Shown here piece by piece: positions 24,921 through 39,300 of a stretch of DNA of 64,000 nt. The notes beneath the pieces were generated by a model, which had not been told where the DNA came from, made no database searches, and saw only the letters and a program-made list of their open reading frames with translations. The position numbers and the translations under genes are program-made. The stretch's first letter is position 1; the number at the start of each line of letters is the position of its first letter. The DNA is from the human T2T-CHM13v2.0 reference genome, Homo sapiens, in the NCBI RefSeq assembly GCF_009914755.1, contig NC_060936.1; one strand, 5' to 3'.

Positions 24921-25324
24921 GTGCAGTTGCCTTTGTTTTTATTTATTCAATGCAACTCCAAACTGAGCCTATCTGCTTTGGATCCCTTTCAAATAAAGAT
25001 GGACCTGATACTGGCTTTCCCAGTATTTGTTTGGTTTGCACAACATGTTTGTTTATTTAAACTGATTGTTGCCACTGTGTATGTGGATGGGCTTGAGCAA
25101 ACAATGCAGGACATGTTTTAGGTGTGCTTGAGGGTGGTGACATTTGGTCAATATGATTTACAAAAATGGGACTTACCTCTGTAAGTATGACTTCAAGGAG
25201 TGATACAAAAACAGTGAGGAAGAAATAATTTACCTTTAAGGCATAAATGCTTTACGGTCTTTAAGGAGGGCATCCCTCCTTCACCCCCATGCTCATCCTC
25301 CCAACCCCTAGCAATCATAATCTT

Positions 25325-25351
25325 CATCATCACCATCATCATCATCATCAT
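25325..25351. repeat. (CAT)n microsatellite
   Basis: catcatcaccatcatcatcatcatcat. Confidence 0.85.
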
Positions 25352-26039
25352 TTCTCAATTCTTTGCATGTTCTTTACTGCCTTCCAGATTTACATTACTG
25401 GCCAGCTTCTACCAGGGTTTTTCAAAGTTCATGCCATCCTACTTTCTACTACAGGAGACTGCATACTTTCTCCCACAGATAGAATTTTACTAGGCAGAAT
25501 TTTGGAAAATTCAAACGTGAAAAATACTTCCTGCTTTTTCCAGTTTCCTGGACAACCTAAAATGATGCACAAACAGGCACAGCTGTATGGTGGTGGTGGC
25601 AGTGTGAGGGTAGAATAAGATTGGCAGTGTTGCATGGAGCTGAATAAGGGTGAAGAACCCAGGCTCACCCTTCCTGCCTTCTTTGCCTCCAAGCTTCTGA
25701 ATGCCTGGGTGGACCTGACATTTATAGAACTGTGGCCCCAGTTGTACAGGGACAGGGTGAATTAATTCCTCCCAGTGCACACCTATGTGTGTGCTGCAGG
25801 ATGAAGTTTTGTTTTAATCATTCACATCTTTCCTCATGACTACACAACTAAAAAAAGAAAAATCAGAGGATAGACAAAGAAAGTAGTTCAAAAACTGTGG
25901 TTGTTGGTTACTTTTTACATCTTTTAAAAATAGATTATTTTTAAAAATCTTATATCTTTTAAAAAATAGTTCACTTTTGTTGTGTCGCTGGATGGAAAAG
26001 TGTGTGTGTATGTGTTTAGTGTGTTCATTCTCTTCCTCC

Positions 26040-26280
26040 TATGCAGGGACTGTGGAACCAGACTGCTTGGCCTCATATCCTGACTCTGCCACTTATTAGC
26101 TTTAAGACCTTGGCCAGATTTCCTAATTGCTGTGTGTCTAGTGTCCTCATCTGGAAAGTGGAGATAATGATATTCTATTGTACAGGGTTGTTGTGATGAT
26201 TACATCAGTAATAAAGCACTTAGAACAGTGTCTGATAATTGGTAAGCACATCTGTGGTTATTAAATATAATTTTATTATT
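26040..26280 (+). mobile_element. MIR SINE
   Basis: atcctgactctgccacttattagc...tcctcatctggaaagtggagataatg...aaagcacttagaacagtgtctg. Confidence 0.8.
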
Positions 26281-28752
26281 CCATGGCTGGAGATCTGCTA
26301 CTTGGGCTAGTACCAGTTTGTGTAGGACCAACGTTCTTGCTTTGGGGTTTCCCCTTGCTGGCAAAACAGTGGGGAAATGGTCACCGTGGACATCCCTTTG
26401 GCTGCTGTTTGTTTTTACCACCTAAGCAGAGTTCAAAAGACAGGGAATGGGAAAAGAAGGTGGGAAGGAAGAAGAGGAGCCTGGTCACCAGAAAAAAAAG
26501 AAGGAAAAGAAAGGTTGTGGTATTTCAGCCAGAGAATCTCCCAGCTTGGATCAAATACTGGGAGATGGAGAGGGTTGAGGGAGCAGAAAGACTGAGGGAA
26601 ACAAGAGAAACACACAAGTCTCTGATTACAGCACTGCTGTCTATTAGCAGTGAGAATAGCAGGAACCAGATAGCAGGAACCAGAGACTGAAGAGTCAGAA
26701 GGGTACCAGTACAGCAAGAAGAAAAGCCTTAAGTACCAAGGGAAAGGCGTCTCAATCATTAGATATTGTTCCTAAGACTTTATGTGGTTTTGACAACAGC
26801 AGTACTTTATAATACTTCCGTAATATTTTGCCTCTTTCCAATAAAAAAACGTGAATCTCAGACACGAATTTTATTTATTTTTATGAAAACCTAATATTAT
26901 GACCTGGGAAAGTCATTTTAATGCATTCATAATACCCTTCAACAATGATGATCAAGTACGCAGTACTTATTTTTGGTAAGCATATTTAGTACATAAATGG
27001 TGAAACAATTATGAATATTATGCTCTGTTTTTATAACACGATTATTCACATATGCACCACTTCCTACATACATATTGCTGGCATTATTGCCTTATGTTTT
27101 TAGTTTACTCCAATGGTTATTTAAAAAAAATAGACTACACACTTGCTTATAGTATTGAATATTCAGCAGGAGTACTTCTCTTCTGAAATAGCAGAGGTTT
27201 AATGACTCATTGAAGTGCATAAAAACACACAGTCTAAACAACGACCCATTTTGCCTTAAAGAATTTAGTCATCGAGTAACAATTTGCATTTTGGATTAAC
27301 AATTTTAAATGGGACACGTGTAACTTCCATGACCTTGTAACAGTCCGCTTACTGCAATCAGTTGAATAGTAACTAGATGTTCCATTGAAACTTTTCTTTA
27401 GGTCTTGGGAGTTTTTATTACCAATCTTAAACTACTGCAATATTAGAGAAATTGCAGTTGCTATAGAAGTAGGTTCAAAATCATTTTGCACTGTGTTATG
27501 CAGAGATGTGGCCAAAAAGAAAACCTTTCAAGTCATCCATGCTGTTTGTGAGATTCTCTTGGTTTTGGCGGATTCCACAGTGAAATGCCATGAATCAATC
27601 TGAATACTAACAGTGTTATGCAAATGTTTGTTTCCTCTGCATGTCTTACCTTTATGAAAAGGCAAACTGAAAAATAATGGAGCAGAAATTGTTTTGTATC
27701 ACATACTGTAATTTGTTGGCAATATCAACCAACATTAATGCATTACTTCTGCTGAATGTTATCATAATGACTTGATACAAGTAGCTTGCCTAGTGAACTT
27801 CCGCAGAAATAAGAAGAAATCAATTCTCTATATCCTTCAGAGGCAACATGGAGCTTTAAGCCTTCCTTCTTAGCTCAACCAAAATGTCAAATAGACAAGT
27901 TGTTAAGAAAATAAAGTAATTTATTTTAGATAGAAGAGAATTAAAATACATGTATGCTATTCACATTTTTCCAGTTATGCTAAAATGACATTCTACGAAT
28001 CACACTCCCAGAATGTCACTTTTGAAAGTGGAATTTTTTATGGTAATAGACAGATTCATTAAAAGATAAAAATGATTTTGTTTAGGAAAGCAGGAGAATA
28101 ACAGACAACAAAATACTTGTCCCCATTACCTTCTGCCTTTTGCTGTTTTGTTTTACTTTTTGCTATATTTACATATATTTTTTCATGTCCACATTATAAT
28201 TGAAATATTTCGATTTTTAATTAATTTTTTATATTTCTTATACTTGGTATTCTGCTTACCGCCTCAAACTCACCACAAATTCACTCCAAACTTGTTATTT
28301 TTTTCTCAAAATCACCGTTGCTATGGGACTCTTTGATGTTTTTAATGACAGTAAGCAGAAGAGAAGTCTCACTTCCACTAATTGAAGGCAACCATAAAAT
28401 ATATGCAGTGAAGACAAAATTATATTTTTGAAATTCTGCAGGCACTGTTGCCTGTTAAGGGCACTGACCGGAAACTGGCTCTCTCTGTTAGAAAAAAGAG
28501 TATCAAGGTTGAAAAAGATGTTACAGATGGACTTGAAATACTGAGATCTGATGTAACCAGAATCTGCAAGACAGCAGACAGGGCACAAACTTAATATGTG
28601 AGTGAAAACTTTATTGAAGGCTTGTTTCTGTGCTACCTGTAGTCAACTCACTCATTTCTCCATCCAACTATGACCTTTAAACTTCCATCCAGGTTTTCAG
28701 ACCAATTATTATGCTTTCTTCTTCATAAATACTTCTTTGAGTTCTTTAAGCT

Positions 28753-28963
28753 AATGGTTTTCAACTGGGACAATTTCTTCCTACAGTGGACATCTGCAAT
28801 GTCCAGAGACATTTTTGCCCATCTCAACTGGGGAGAGATGATACTGGCATCTAGTGGTAGAGGCCAGGGATACTGCTAAAGATCCTTCAAGGCACAAGAC
28901 AGTCCCCACAACAAATAATTATCCAGCCTAAAATGTCTGTAGTGCCAACATTGAGAAACTCTG
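28753..28963 (+). mobile_element. MER20 (hAT-Charlie)
   Basis: gcaatgtccagagacattttt...tactggcatctagtggtagaggccagggatactgctaaa...ttgagaaactctg. Confidence 0.85.
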
Positions 28964-29942
28964 CTTTAGGAGAATGTAATTTCTTCTTACATTTTCCCCT
29001 TTTTGTCATGGCTTTTTGTATAATACCCGTCTAGGTATATGTTTATTTTATTAGCATAGAAACTCTTTGCAGGAAGGAAGCATATATATTTATCTTTTTC
29101 TCCCCAGTATTGAACACTCAAAAATAAATGATTAAAAGGAGCAAATGCTTTATAGAACTTGTAGTAAAAAGCTATTTAGTGGTAGTGTAATTTAACATCT
29201 TTAAAAAACCAATCACATTTGGGGAATATTTTACGTCTGATTTTTGTTCAGTTATAGGATCTCAAGCTTGGAAAAGACCTTAAATGTAATCTAGTCCAAC
29301 TGCTCTTCTTTACCAAGGGACTTCTTTTGATTTTCTAAATACTGAATTGAAATTCAATTGCAATCATCTTCAGGTGCCAGACTGTGAAATTGGTATTTCC
29401 TCATTTAGACATTATCAGAATATATGGTGGCCCTCTGTGCATAGATATATACTGTGTGTATGAATTCATTAAGAATATTAATTGCAGAAGAAGTCACTAG
29501 GTGATCTTTATAGTTCTTTTCAACCCTGAGGATCAGTGATTTAAATTGCTACCTTCCCTAACATACTTACTTACTTGGTAAGGCAAAAAGAGATTGCACT
29601 ATGTTTTTTCTCTGCATAAATATTTGTTTAATCAAATTATCCTTAGCCCAGAGGTATTTACATCTTTTACACATAATAAATTCTTACCCACTAATTACTT
29701 AATATCAAAGACATCTTTGATTTTTACTTAAAGGCTAATTCATTCTAATTACAACCTCTCTGTTGAACTGTTGTAGAACTCTTCCCCTAGTATTATTAGG
29801 TGTCCTTTAATTTTCCATGAGGAAATATTATACATATATATATATATTTCATGGAAAAATATATATTTTTCAATTAGACTGCAAAGGCCTTAAATATGAA
29901 ATTGGTTATATCTTAAAAAAAAGTTATACTGAGTACCTAATA

Positions 29943-30178
29943 CAGGGTGAGTATCCCCACTCCAAAAATTCAAAATCTAAAATGTTACAAAACCCAAAAC
30001 TTTTTGAGTACTAACATGATGCTCAAAGGAAATGCTTATTGGAACGTTTTTTATTAGGATTTTTGGGTTAGGGATGCTCAGCTGGTAGTACATAATGCAA
30101 ATATTCCAAAATCTAAAAAAATCCAAATTCTGAAAAGCTTTTGGTCCAAAGCATTTCAGATAAGAGACACTCAACCTG
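29943..30178 (+). mobile_element. Tigger4a/MER46A MITE with TA target-site duplication
   Basis: TA|CAGGGTGAGTATCCC ... AGACACTCAACCTG|TA terminal inverted repeats. TA at 29941-42 and 30179-80. Confidence 0.88.
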
Positions 30179-31099
30179 TATAGCATAAAGCTCACACATA
30201 GCAGACAATATTCGTTCAGTGATTGAATTGGAGTTCTCAGATATTTCGAAGTTAAAAGGGAGTAACTTCGACTCATAAATAAAATCCCATGGGCATCTTT
30301 TAAATAGCCTCAGTGAAAAATATTAAGCTTGGTGGACATTTTAATTAATAAGCTGAAAGATAAGATTCACGAGCATTATGTAAGATAAAAGCATATGAAG
30401 ACAAAATTGTAAATGGGTGCATTTTAACTAAAAGGTACTGACATTTCATTAAGCAGAAAGTGTATTACTAATCAGCAAAAAATAGTAAGAAAAATATTAC
30501 CATGATACTGGCAAATTGGGAAAGAAGAATCTTTGTTACTTACAGCTGAATTAAGATGTTTATAAATTATGGCTAAAAATTAATTTTACTGTTTTGAAAT
30601 GTAATTCAGAAAATGTGAGTTTTAGGCCCAGCTTTGTGCAAGTTGTCTGTGTAACTTCAGACAAATCATTTAATCCTACCGGATGCACTTTTTCAACTTA
30701 GAAATTTATGGGAGTAGGACAATTTGTTTCTAATATTGCTTCTAGCTTTAACCTCATATTCATATGAAGATTTACAGTTAAAATCTCTTTTCCATATATT
30801 ATCTCATTCTATCATTTTGACTTTTGTAAGGAAAGCCTGGAAAACATATTTTCCTTCTACTAATGAAAAAACAGGGTCAGATAGTTAAGTTACTTAACCA
30901 AGCGTGGTGTGTAGCAGCCTGTTGCTATTTCCAAGATAACTCTCGAAAACCTTGTCTATGAAAATAAGTAACTATTAATTTTTAAAATGTTTTATTTTTC
31001 TCTATTCTAAAACTAAGCTTTAAAAAATGAGGCCCTCAATGATCAATGTAAGCTTCATAATTTAAAAATAGTGTAAAATTTATACCTCATGCTTTGAGC

Positions 31100-31255
31100 T
31101 AAGGGATAGCCAATAAGATTCAATACGCATGTCAACCTGTATTGATTGGTAGTAGTTGCCTGAAGTGCTGTGCTGAGAATAATTTTGAGGCCAAGTTCGG
31201 GTTTGGTGGGAAAGTTGCCATGTTAGATTAACCATGTATATCACAGATGATGGAG
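31100..31255 (+). mobile_element. Old hAT-Charlie fragment (Charlie4z-like)
   Basis: gattggtagtagttgcctgaagtgctgtgctgagaataattttgaggcc resembles the remembered consensus. Family name is uncertain. Confidence 0.45.
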
Positions 31256-31375
31256 AGAGGAGTGGTGGCAGAGCTACTTGTGGAGGAACAAGCCTTTTAA
31301 AGAAATCGCTTCAGAACTCAATAGTATTCTATTAACAGTCTAATATTGACTTGCCTTATATTGTTTTGTAACTAG

Positions 31376-31752
<377 letters not shown>

Positions 31753-32615
31753 TGAAGAGTCCTTCTTAAAATATTTAATCTTTGTCTTCATTTGTAACCA
31801 TAAACCATGAAAGAATATAGAAGGTGCTTTCAGTTGGAATTTTAATAAGATACGGCTTGATCTGTATAAATATTTATTCCTGTGCTCCAAGAAAGGTTGA
31901 AGATGTGAATTAGCAACTGCTCCATGCTAGTCACAGTCATAGGTGCTTTACATCCTTTCTTTTCCTCTAAGCTGTGCAATACTTTTTGAGTTAGACTTGA
32001 TTATTTACTTTTTCAGCAATGACCAACTACATCTTAGGAAAGTTTAATAATTGCCCAAGGTGGCATAGCTAAGAAAGTTGTGGAGCCAGAATTCAGACCA
32101 GAATTTATCAGGTCTCAAAATCCTTTTTCTGAACAAAACCAGGCTGTGTCTTGTTGAAATTTTAGGGCACAGAGATTTCCCAAGTGATGGTCTATGTACT
32201 ACATATATCTGAGGATAATTTTTGGATTTTGGTTTCGTTGTCTTTACATGTTGTGCAGCTTCAGAGAAGAAAGTGAAGCACACTGAAAAGGAGAATCATC
32301 ACTTTCCAGTTCTGGCCAGTGTGATGCCAGTGAGCTGTTTTTCTGTACTGTGTAAAGTTTCATCTAATGAGCACTTCTCTGGGTTTAACGAATTTATTTT
32401 AATTGAGGCAGAAACCTCCCTGAAAAACTTTTATGGTTGGGGAAGTATATTACATATGGATTATGCTTTCATGCTATTCATGCACTTAAGTTTGGTTCAG
32501 AAAAAAATATTGCAATTTGGAATAATATATTATTTCATCAACAGAAGCATGTAATGTGGCCATAACTTAACTCACAACATAAATGTAATTGAGAATGTCA
32601 TTTTCTTTTTTCCAG

Positions 32616-32889
32616 ATTCCTTGGTGTTACTCAGTTTTCGCCTACACATGCCAGAAAGGCATTTCCTTGTTTTGATGAGCCAATCTACAAGGCTACTTTC
32701 AAAATCAGCATCAAGCATCAAGCAACCTATTTATCTTTATCTAATATGCCAGTGGAAACTTCCGTGTTTGAGGAAGATGGATGGGTTACGGATCACTTTT
32801 CACAGACCCCTCTCATGTCCACATATTATTTAGCCTGGGCAATTTGCAACTTCACATACAGAGAAACTACCACCAAGAGTGGGGTTGTA
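32616..32889 (+). CDS. TRHDE: TRHDE coding exon 2
   Basis: Acceptor ttttctttttttccag|A completes the split Arg codon from exon 1. Encodes [28 protein letters not shown]...LSNMPVE...[16 protein letters not shown]...KSGVV (M1 motifs [11 protein letters not shown], SNMP, TPxMSTY). Donor GTA|GTAAGT. 274 nt, cumulative CDS 1188 nt, phase 0. Confidence 0.97.
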
Positions 32890-33229
32890 GTAAGTATTTT
32901 CAGCTTAATGATGTTTTTGGATAATGTACACTCTGTAAAGTAACCTGATTTCTGGATTAACAGTGAGTCATTTCTAACCTTTTTACACCTTATATAGTGG
33001 AATTCTTTCTTTAATTCTTATGGGGGGGTTTTTACATATTTTACTAGTTTCAAAGTGTCAGAGATAAACCTGTCTTCTATACCCAGCACTCTTATTCCCT
33101 TAACCACCTCCACCTCCCTCCCCCATCATCCTTGTTCTTCCTCATCTCTACCTGCACTATTGTACATCTCTGGAACAGCTACTGTTGTCTCTTTTGGAAA
33201 ATTGCCTGTTTGTATGACTGGGAAAACTA

Positions 33230-33620
33230 CTTCTTTTTATTGTAATGTATTTGAAATGTACAGAACATGTGGTGAGTAATATAGTAAACTCCATACACCT
33301 ACTAGCCAGATCAATAGAACTAAACATTTTACCATCTTCAGTCTAATGTTATTGCTGAGAAAGTAAAACATAGGATGGAGTTGAAGCTCTCTGTGTAACC
33401 ATCCCTTGATCTCACTGCCTTGGTCTTTCCCTTAGAGATCAACACTGTCCTGAATTTGGTGTTTGCTACTTCCATGCATATTATCCTACGATTATTTCAT
33501 ATCTATGTATAGACACACACACACACACACACACACACACTTACAATACATACCCTATTTTAAAATTTCATGTAAGTGATTTTCTATTGTAAATAATGTC
33601 CTGCAACTTATTTTCATTTC
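33230..33620 (-). mobile_element. L1ME-type 3' fragment containing (AC)14 at 33513-33540
   Basis: cactgtcctgaatttggtgttt...ctgcaacttattttcatt, with the AC repeat directly visible. Confidence 0.55.
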
Positions 33621-35344
33621 ATTTTATTTTCTTAGGAAGGATGAGATAGAGGGAGCATTGTCTGCATTAAATTTATAATAAAAATCTATTGGATTCTCTT
33701 TGATGGCTATCATTTGTGACACCATGGTATTCTAGGCACTTTTTACATGCAATTACATTGCATTAGGGTAGATTATCCCATGTTGAATTAACAATTTTTT
33801 CCTAATTTCAATGGCTTACATGATATATATGCATTTATTTTAATTTTCATATTAACATTAAGACAAGGTATTAAGATTCCACTTTTTTTTTTTTTCAAAT
33901 GAGTAAAGTAAATTGAGTACAGTTTAAGGAGGTTAAGTAACTTGTCCAGGGGCTAAACGTAAGCAAATGGTAGAGCTGTAAATCAAATTTGGTTGGTTTG
34001 ATCCTAAATTTTGGGCTTTTCCCCCTGTGCCTTAGGAACTGTGTTTCACCATTTCACTTGTGTGTCTGTAGGAAAATTCAGATTGTGATTCTTCTCATCC
34101 AGTAACCTTTGTATTCAGTGTTGCTTGAACACAGCAAAATAGGTGAATAGAAATCTATATTTTTAATTTGTAGGAAGTTGATAGCTCTAAAATAACCTAA
34201 ATTTTGAAAAATAGTTTTGGCTAAAGAAATTTTCCTCACTGTTACTTTTAATTTAAGTCATTGTGGGACCTGTTTAAAAAATAAAATCTGCCAGCATACA
34301 AAATCAATGACATTACTGAAAAACTGCTTATAATGAATTCATCTATCTAATCATTAAAATCATGTTTTAAATGCACACTTCTTAGAAGGCCAGTAGGCAT
34401 TTTACTCTTTTGGATTTATAATCATTTGATATGTTGAATTTCTCTGATGTTCATTGATGTCTTCTATGGGCATTTCAAGGCTGTACTCATTGGACCATAC
34501 ACAGACACGGAACACGAAGACATCTCATTTCATTTTACGTCTTCAAAAGTTGATGATTGACTTGCTGTGGGTCAGCTAGCATAGGGTACACTGGAAATTC
34601 TTTTTTCTAGTATGTTTTCTTTAAAGTATCTTAAAAGTGTTTTCAGCCCTAAACAATTATGCTTGTTGCTAAGTGACCCATGTTTTAAAGCCAGACACTC
34701 TCTAATAGTTACTTAGATGTGACTTTTTGTTAGAGTTAAGAATCTCTAAGTAATTAGTAAATATTTAAAAATTCCTGCTTAATAATTTTTATGTAGAAAT
34801 GATAAAACATGCTACCAGAGAACACTGAAAGGTCAATTGAAATAAAATTTTAGATTGCATAACCTAAAATACTAAAATCTATAAAAAAGAAAACAAAATT
34901 GCCGTTGGGAGCTCTTATTTATCAACTGTGGAAATATAGTTTAGAACTTGACTCCTTTTTTCTGTCACTGTTTTGAAATCCAATCTGTTTTCTTTTCACT
35001 GCCTTTCCCCTTTTATTATTCGGAGCATATGAGAATGACATTTCTCAACACTTAACAGCTGGAAGGAGTGGAAGTTTAGCTTTAGAATCTTGGATGTGGG
35101 ATGATCACATGAAGTCCAGGTGGTCATTTCAGATCAGAAGCTGAAGCAATTTTCTTTGAGATATGAAAGAGGAACTTCAGTAGCATGTAAATAATATACA
35201 GCTGAATGGTAGTAGGGCCCTAAGTGTGAATATTTGAGACATCATCATCACTGTTATTATTTGCTGATCAAGCTACCTACATTTTGCAAGGCACTATTCT
35301 AAGTAATTAGAAAGATTAAAAAAAAATCTAAAATCCTTCTGGTA

Positions 35345-35900
35345 CAGAGATTGCAAATTCAAGCATTCAGACTGAATCCAAGGTTGCAGCCATGTTTTGT
35401 TTACCCATCCCCAAAATGGCTTAACATTTTTTATATTAGTTGTCAACATTTAGAAAGTAGAAGATTGCACATAAACTTATTTATTTCTGGCTTCTCTTGA
35501 AAAATGGAAAGCTCTTCTAACACTAAGGTTACACTCCTATTTGGTAACATTTGTTCATTTATTCCTTCAACAAGTATTTATTGACTGAATGGCAGGTATT
35601 GTTCTAGGCTCTTGTGATATAGCAGCAAACAAAGCAGAAAAGGTTCCTGCTCCCAGGGAGCTTATATTCTAATGAGGTGAGAGAAGCAATAAAGAAAAAT
35701 ATATAATATGTCAGAGAGTGATATATGCTATTAAGAAAATCACTGTGCTAGAGCTGGGTGGTGGTGACTCACTTACATGAGGCATTTGCTTCCCAGTTTC
35801 ACTTAATCCAGACCGCTTTTATTCTTTTGCATCTAGTCCATTTCACTGATATTTATTTCCTGTTTTGATCAATCCTATAGACATTTGGAGTTGAAAATCC
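35345..35900 (+). mobile_element. MER102-like hAT element interrupted by an antisense L2 3' fragment (~35550-35740)
   Basis: tagttgtcaacatttag...tttctggcttctcttgaaaaatggaa. The L2 insert begins ttcatttattccttcaacaagtatttattga. Confidence 0.55.
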
Positions 35901-36372
35901 AGAGGGTAGCCTAGGACTGTGCGTAGGAAAAACAATGAATTCAATAATTGTGGTTTAGGAACACTAGTATTTACGTATTCACGAATTGCTTTGATTGAAA
36001 CTTGTAGAAAATAAGTTCAAGACTAGTTGGAAGAGGGAGAAATTGTTAAGGTTTGCAGTCTAGGGATGTGCTTCATGGAGGAGATAGGATTCAGTATGGC
36101 CCTGAATGATGGTTTGGTCTTAGAGAAGCAGATACTGTGTGCATGTAATTCTTTGCCAGGGAGATGTTAACAGGAAAAGACACAGAGGTAGGTATATCTC
36201 TATGGAATATAGTGTAGCATGATGATTATAAACACTGATTTTAGAATCAGATTAGTCTGTTTCAGAATTATTTCTTTGCTTTGCTTCTCTGCAACCTTTG
36301 TTAATTACCTTAACCTCTTTTTATTCTGATTTTCTTGTTTGAAAACTGATAGTATGAATTTTTCCTTTACAA

Positions 36373-39115
36373 TATTGTTCTGGTTTCTTTCATGCCATAG
36401 CAAACTACTCTAGAACTTAGTGGCATAAAACAGCCATTTTATTATGTTCAAAGTTTCTGTAGGCTAGGAATTTGGAAGGGCACAGTGGTGGCAACTTCTC
36501 TGTGTTCAATAATGTCTGGGGCCTCAGATGGGAAAGCAGGATGTTTGGGGTGTGACTTAACAGCTAGGGGCCAGAATCATTTGAAGCCATCTTTGTCTGG
36601 TGGTTGTGTCATCAGTCTTCTGGGATGTGAGCTAAGGCTGTCAGCCATATATCCACGTGTGGCTTCTTCATGTGGCCTGGCTTGTTCAAAGCATGATGGC
36701 CTTAGGATGGTTGGCCTTCTTACATGGTAGTTCAGAGCTCCAAAGGTGAGTGTCCTGAAAGAACTAGGTGGGCGTTATGTGGAATTTTTAAACTTACCTT
36801 CAGAAGTCACAGAGCATCACTTTTAAGACATTCTATTGGTTATAAGTGAGCACTAAGGATAGTGTTCTTTCAGCAAAAGAGGGCATTAGGCCCCAGCTCT
36901 TGACAGGAGGAGTGTAAAAGAATTTGTATGCCTGTTTTAAAATTAACACAGTCGGCTCTCTGCCTGCAGACTATTTATATTCATCCTACAAACAATGTAT
37001 ACTTGTCAGTGGGTCTCATCCCATTACAACATCAGGCTCAGACTTGAGGTCCAGGCCTCACCATCTAATTTAGGTTCAGGCATAGAAGAGATCACTTGGT
37101 TTGGTTTCTTGGTCATAGTTTCTCTCACTCTGAAGACCTGTTAACGAAAGATACAAGCTACCTTACCTCACTTTTCTCCCTTCAACAGACAATAATAAGA
37201 CTGGAATATGGTTATGACAAAAGCCATTTCCATTCAAGAATGGAGGAAATGGGAAGATACAGTAGTCACTAGCCCGCAGCAATTCTGAAACCCAACTGGG
37301 CACATGTTACCAGTTCCTTAATTATGGATGAATGGCCGCTCCCTGTGAACTGTTCACTTCGGCATTTGGCCCCACCCTTTGGGCTCTTTGTTTTGCCTTC
37401 TGAGGCATCCTTTCTTTTCCAATTAAAAAGTAGTTTGTGTTTGCAACCAAATAGTCATAATTGCGTTAAAGTACAGCCAGCACATATCCATGAGTTCTAC
37501 ATCCATGGATTCAGCCAGTGTGGATTAAAACCACTGAAGAAAATTGTGTCTGTATTGAACAGGAGCTAGAGTTTATTTTTCTGGTTCTTCTTCCCAACAA
37601 TACAATATGGCAACTATTTACATAGCATTTACACTGTATTGGGTATTGTATGCAATCTAGAGGTGATTTAAAGTATACAGGAAGACATGCATGGGTTCTA
37701 TGCAAATACTATACCATTTATATAAGGGACTTGAGCATCTATAGATTTTGGTATCCATGGGAGGTCCTGGAACCAGTCCCCATAGATACCAAGGGATGAC
37801 TGTAGCTTGTGTTTGCAATGGAATTGAATAACCTCAGCTTGCTTCCTACCACTAAAATGTTGGGGCTACAAAGACCTATTTTTCTTTTGTATTGGCTCTG
37901 TTACATTCAGCCCAAGCAGGTACACTTATGTTAAAAAATGTTGGCTTTTTATGTATCAAGTTATATCCACTCCATTAGACAAAATGATACCCACAGATCT
38001 CTTTAAGATGAACCTTTGTCTACTTTGAGGCTTTGTGGAATAAAAATTCTTAGATGCTCTTTTATTTAACAGGCTTTATGAGGCATGCCCTTAAGATCTT
38101 TATAAAGCCTTTTGCCTTTTTGAAGAGGTTATGGGGCATCACTTTAAGAGTTTCTGAGGTCTTGATAAAGACTCACCCTTGGCTTCATCCTTAGACCATT
38201 TTTGTCCTGACAGTGACCTGAATTTGTTGTTTTTCTGAGGCTGTTTCTTACTATGAGAATCATCTGTTATCTGAAGAAGCTGAGGAGAAGGAAAAGTTTT
38301 AATTTCAAAACAGCAAGTCCTGGCTCTTTTATATTTCCTCTAAATTTTGCTTGAAAACCAGACAGTTTAATCTTAACCTCATCTCTTCTCTTTTATAATT
38401 TTCATGGCCAGTGAGAAGAAGCCAGGTGGCACTTTGAGTGTTTTGCCTGGAAATCTCCATAGCTAGAAAATATAGTTCAGTAGTTATATTTCTCATTTTC
38501 CATAGCATTACAAGTAATGAGGTTGCCAAACTTTTGTCTACTACATAACAAAGGTCCCCTTTCCTTCAGCTTTCAATAACATTTATCTTACTATGCTTCA
38601 AGCTCTCACCAACAGCCTCCTCAAGCCCCAGAGGCTTCTGCTAACAATCCCAAGGCTTTTCCAGTTTTTGCTCCTAGTCTAGTCCCAAAGTCAATGCTAC
38701 ATATTTCAAGGCTTTTGATATGACAGTGCCCTAATTCCAAGTATCAAAATTGGTTCAAATCAATATTGCTGAATAAGAAATCATTTGAAAATGTAGCAAC
38801 AAAAAGTAACCATTTTTAATGCTCACTGCGGAGAGTAGTGTGAGCATGAAAATGCCACGAAGGGTTTGGGTGGTACAGAGCAGGGAACAACTTATCTCTG
38901 CTCCACGATGTCTGAGGTCTCAGTGGGAGAGGTCTCGTTGATTGGGGTTAACTTGATCGCTGGGGGCAAGAATCTTCTGACTGCATCTTTACTAAATGAT
39001 TTTATTTGATGTTGTGTGTTTTATGGAACCTCAGCTGGGGCTGTCATCTGGGGCATCTACCAATGGTCTCTCTGAGTGGCCTGAGCTTCCTTGTATTAAT
39101 AGCATGGTGGTCTAA
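36373..39115 (-). mobile_element. MaLR provirus remnant: MLT1 LTR (~36373-36950), MLT1-int, second MLT1 LTR (~38750-39115, truncated)
   Basis: Two same-orientation LTR-like segments (shared aacttmtctmtgytcmaynatgtctgrggyctcag, ggctgtca, gtggcctgrrctt blocks) flanking MaLR-internal-type sequence (ccatttccattcaagaatggaggaaatggg, agaagccaggtggcact). Confidence 0.7.
37474..37802 (+). mobile_element. MER2 (TcMar-Tigger) nested in the MaLR internal region
   Basis: TA|CAGCC...atccatggattcagcc...aactatttacatagcatttacactgtatt...ggtcctggaaccagtcccc...gggatgaCTG|TA. Confidence 0.88.
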
Positions 39116-39119
39116 TGTT

Positions 39120-39300
39120 GATGGGAATATTTGTTTTTTTTTTTGCTAATATATTTGAGTGTTTTGTAGATTCTGGATATTAGTTCTTTGTCAGATTCAT
39201 AGTTTGTGAATATTTTTTCCCACTCTGGGTTGTCTGTTTACTCTGCTGATTATTTCTTTTGCTGTGCAGAAGTTTTTAGTTTAATTAAGTCCCATCTATC
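39120..39300 (-). mobile_element. L1 ORF2 fragment (L1PA/PB-like)
   Basis: gtagattctggatattagttctttgtcaga...tttcttttgctgtgcagaag...tttagtttaattaagtccca. Confidence 0.8.

Noticed and set aside
24123-24966. Hydrophobic + strand ORFs
   Set aside because: Antisense translation of the L1MA 3' region.
25289-25618. ORF with a poly-His run
   Set aside because: Produced by a (CAT)n microsatellite, with no splice or homology support.
32621-32943. ORF-track entries 32621-32833 and 32746-32943 as separate genes
   Set aside because: The first is the wrong frame of TRHDE exon 2. The second is its correct frame running into the intron.
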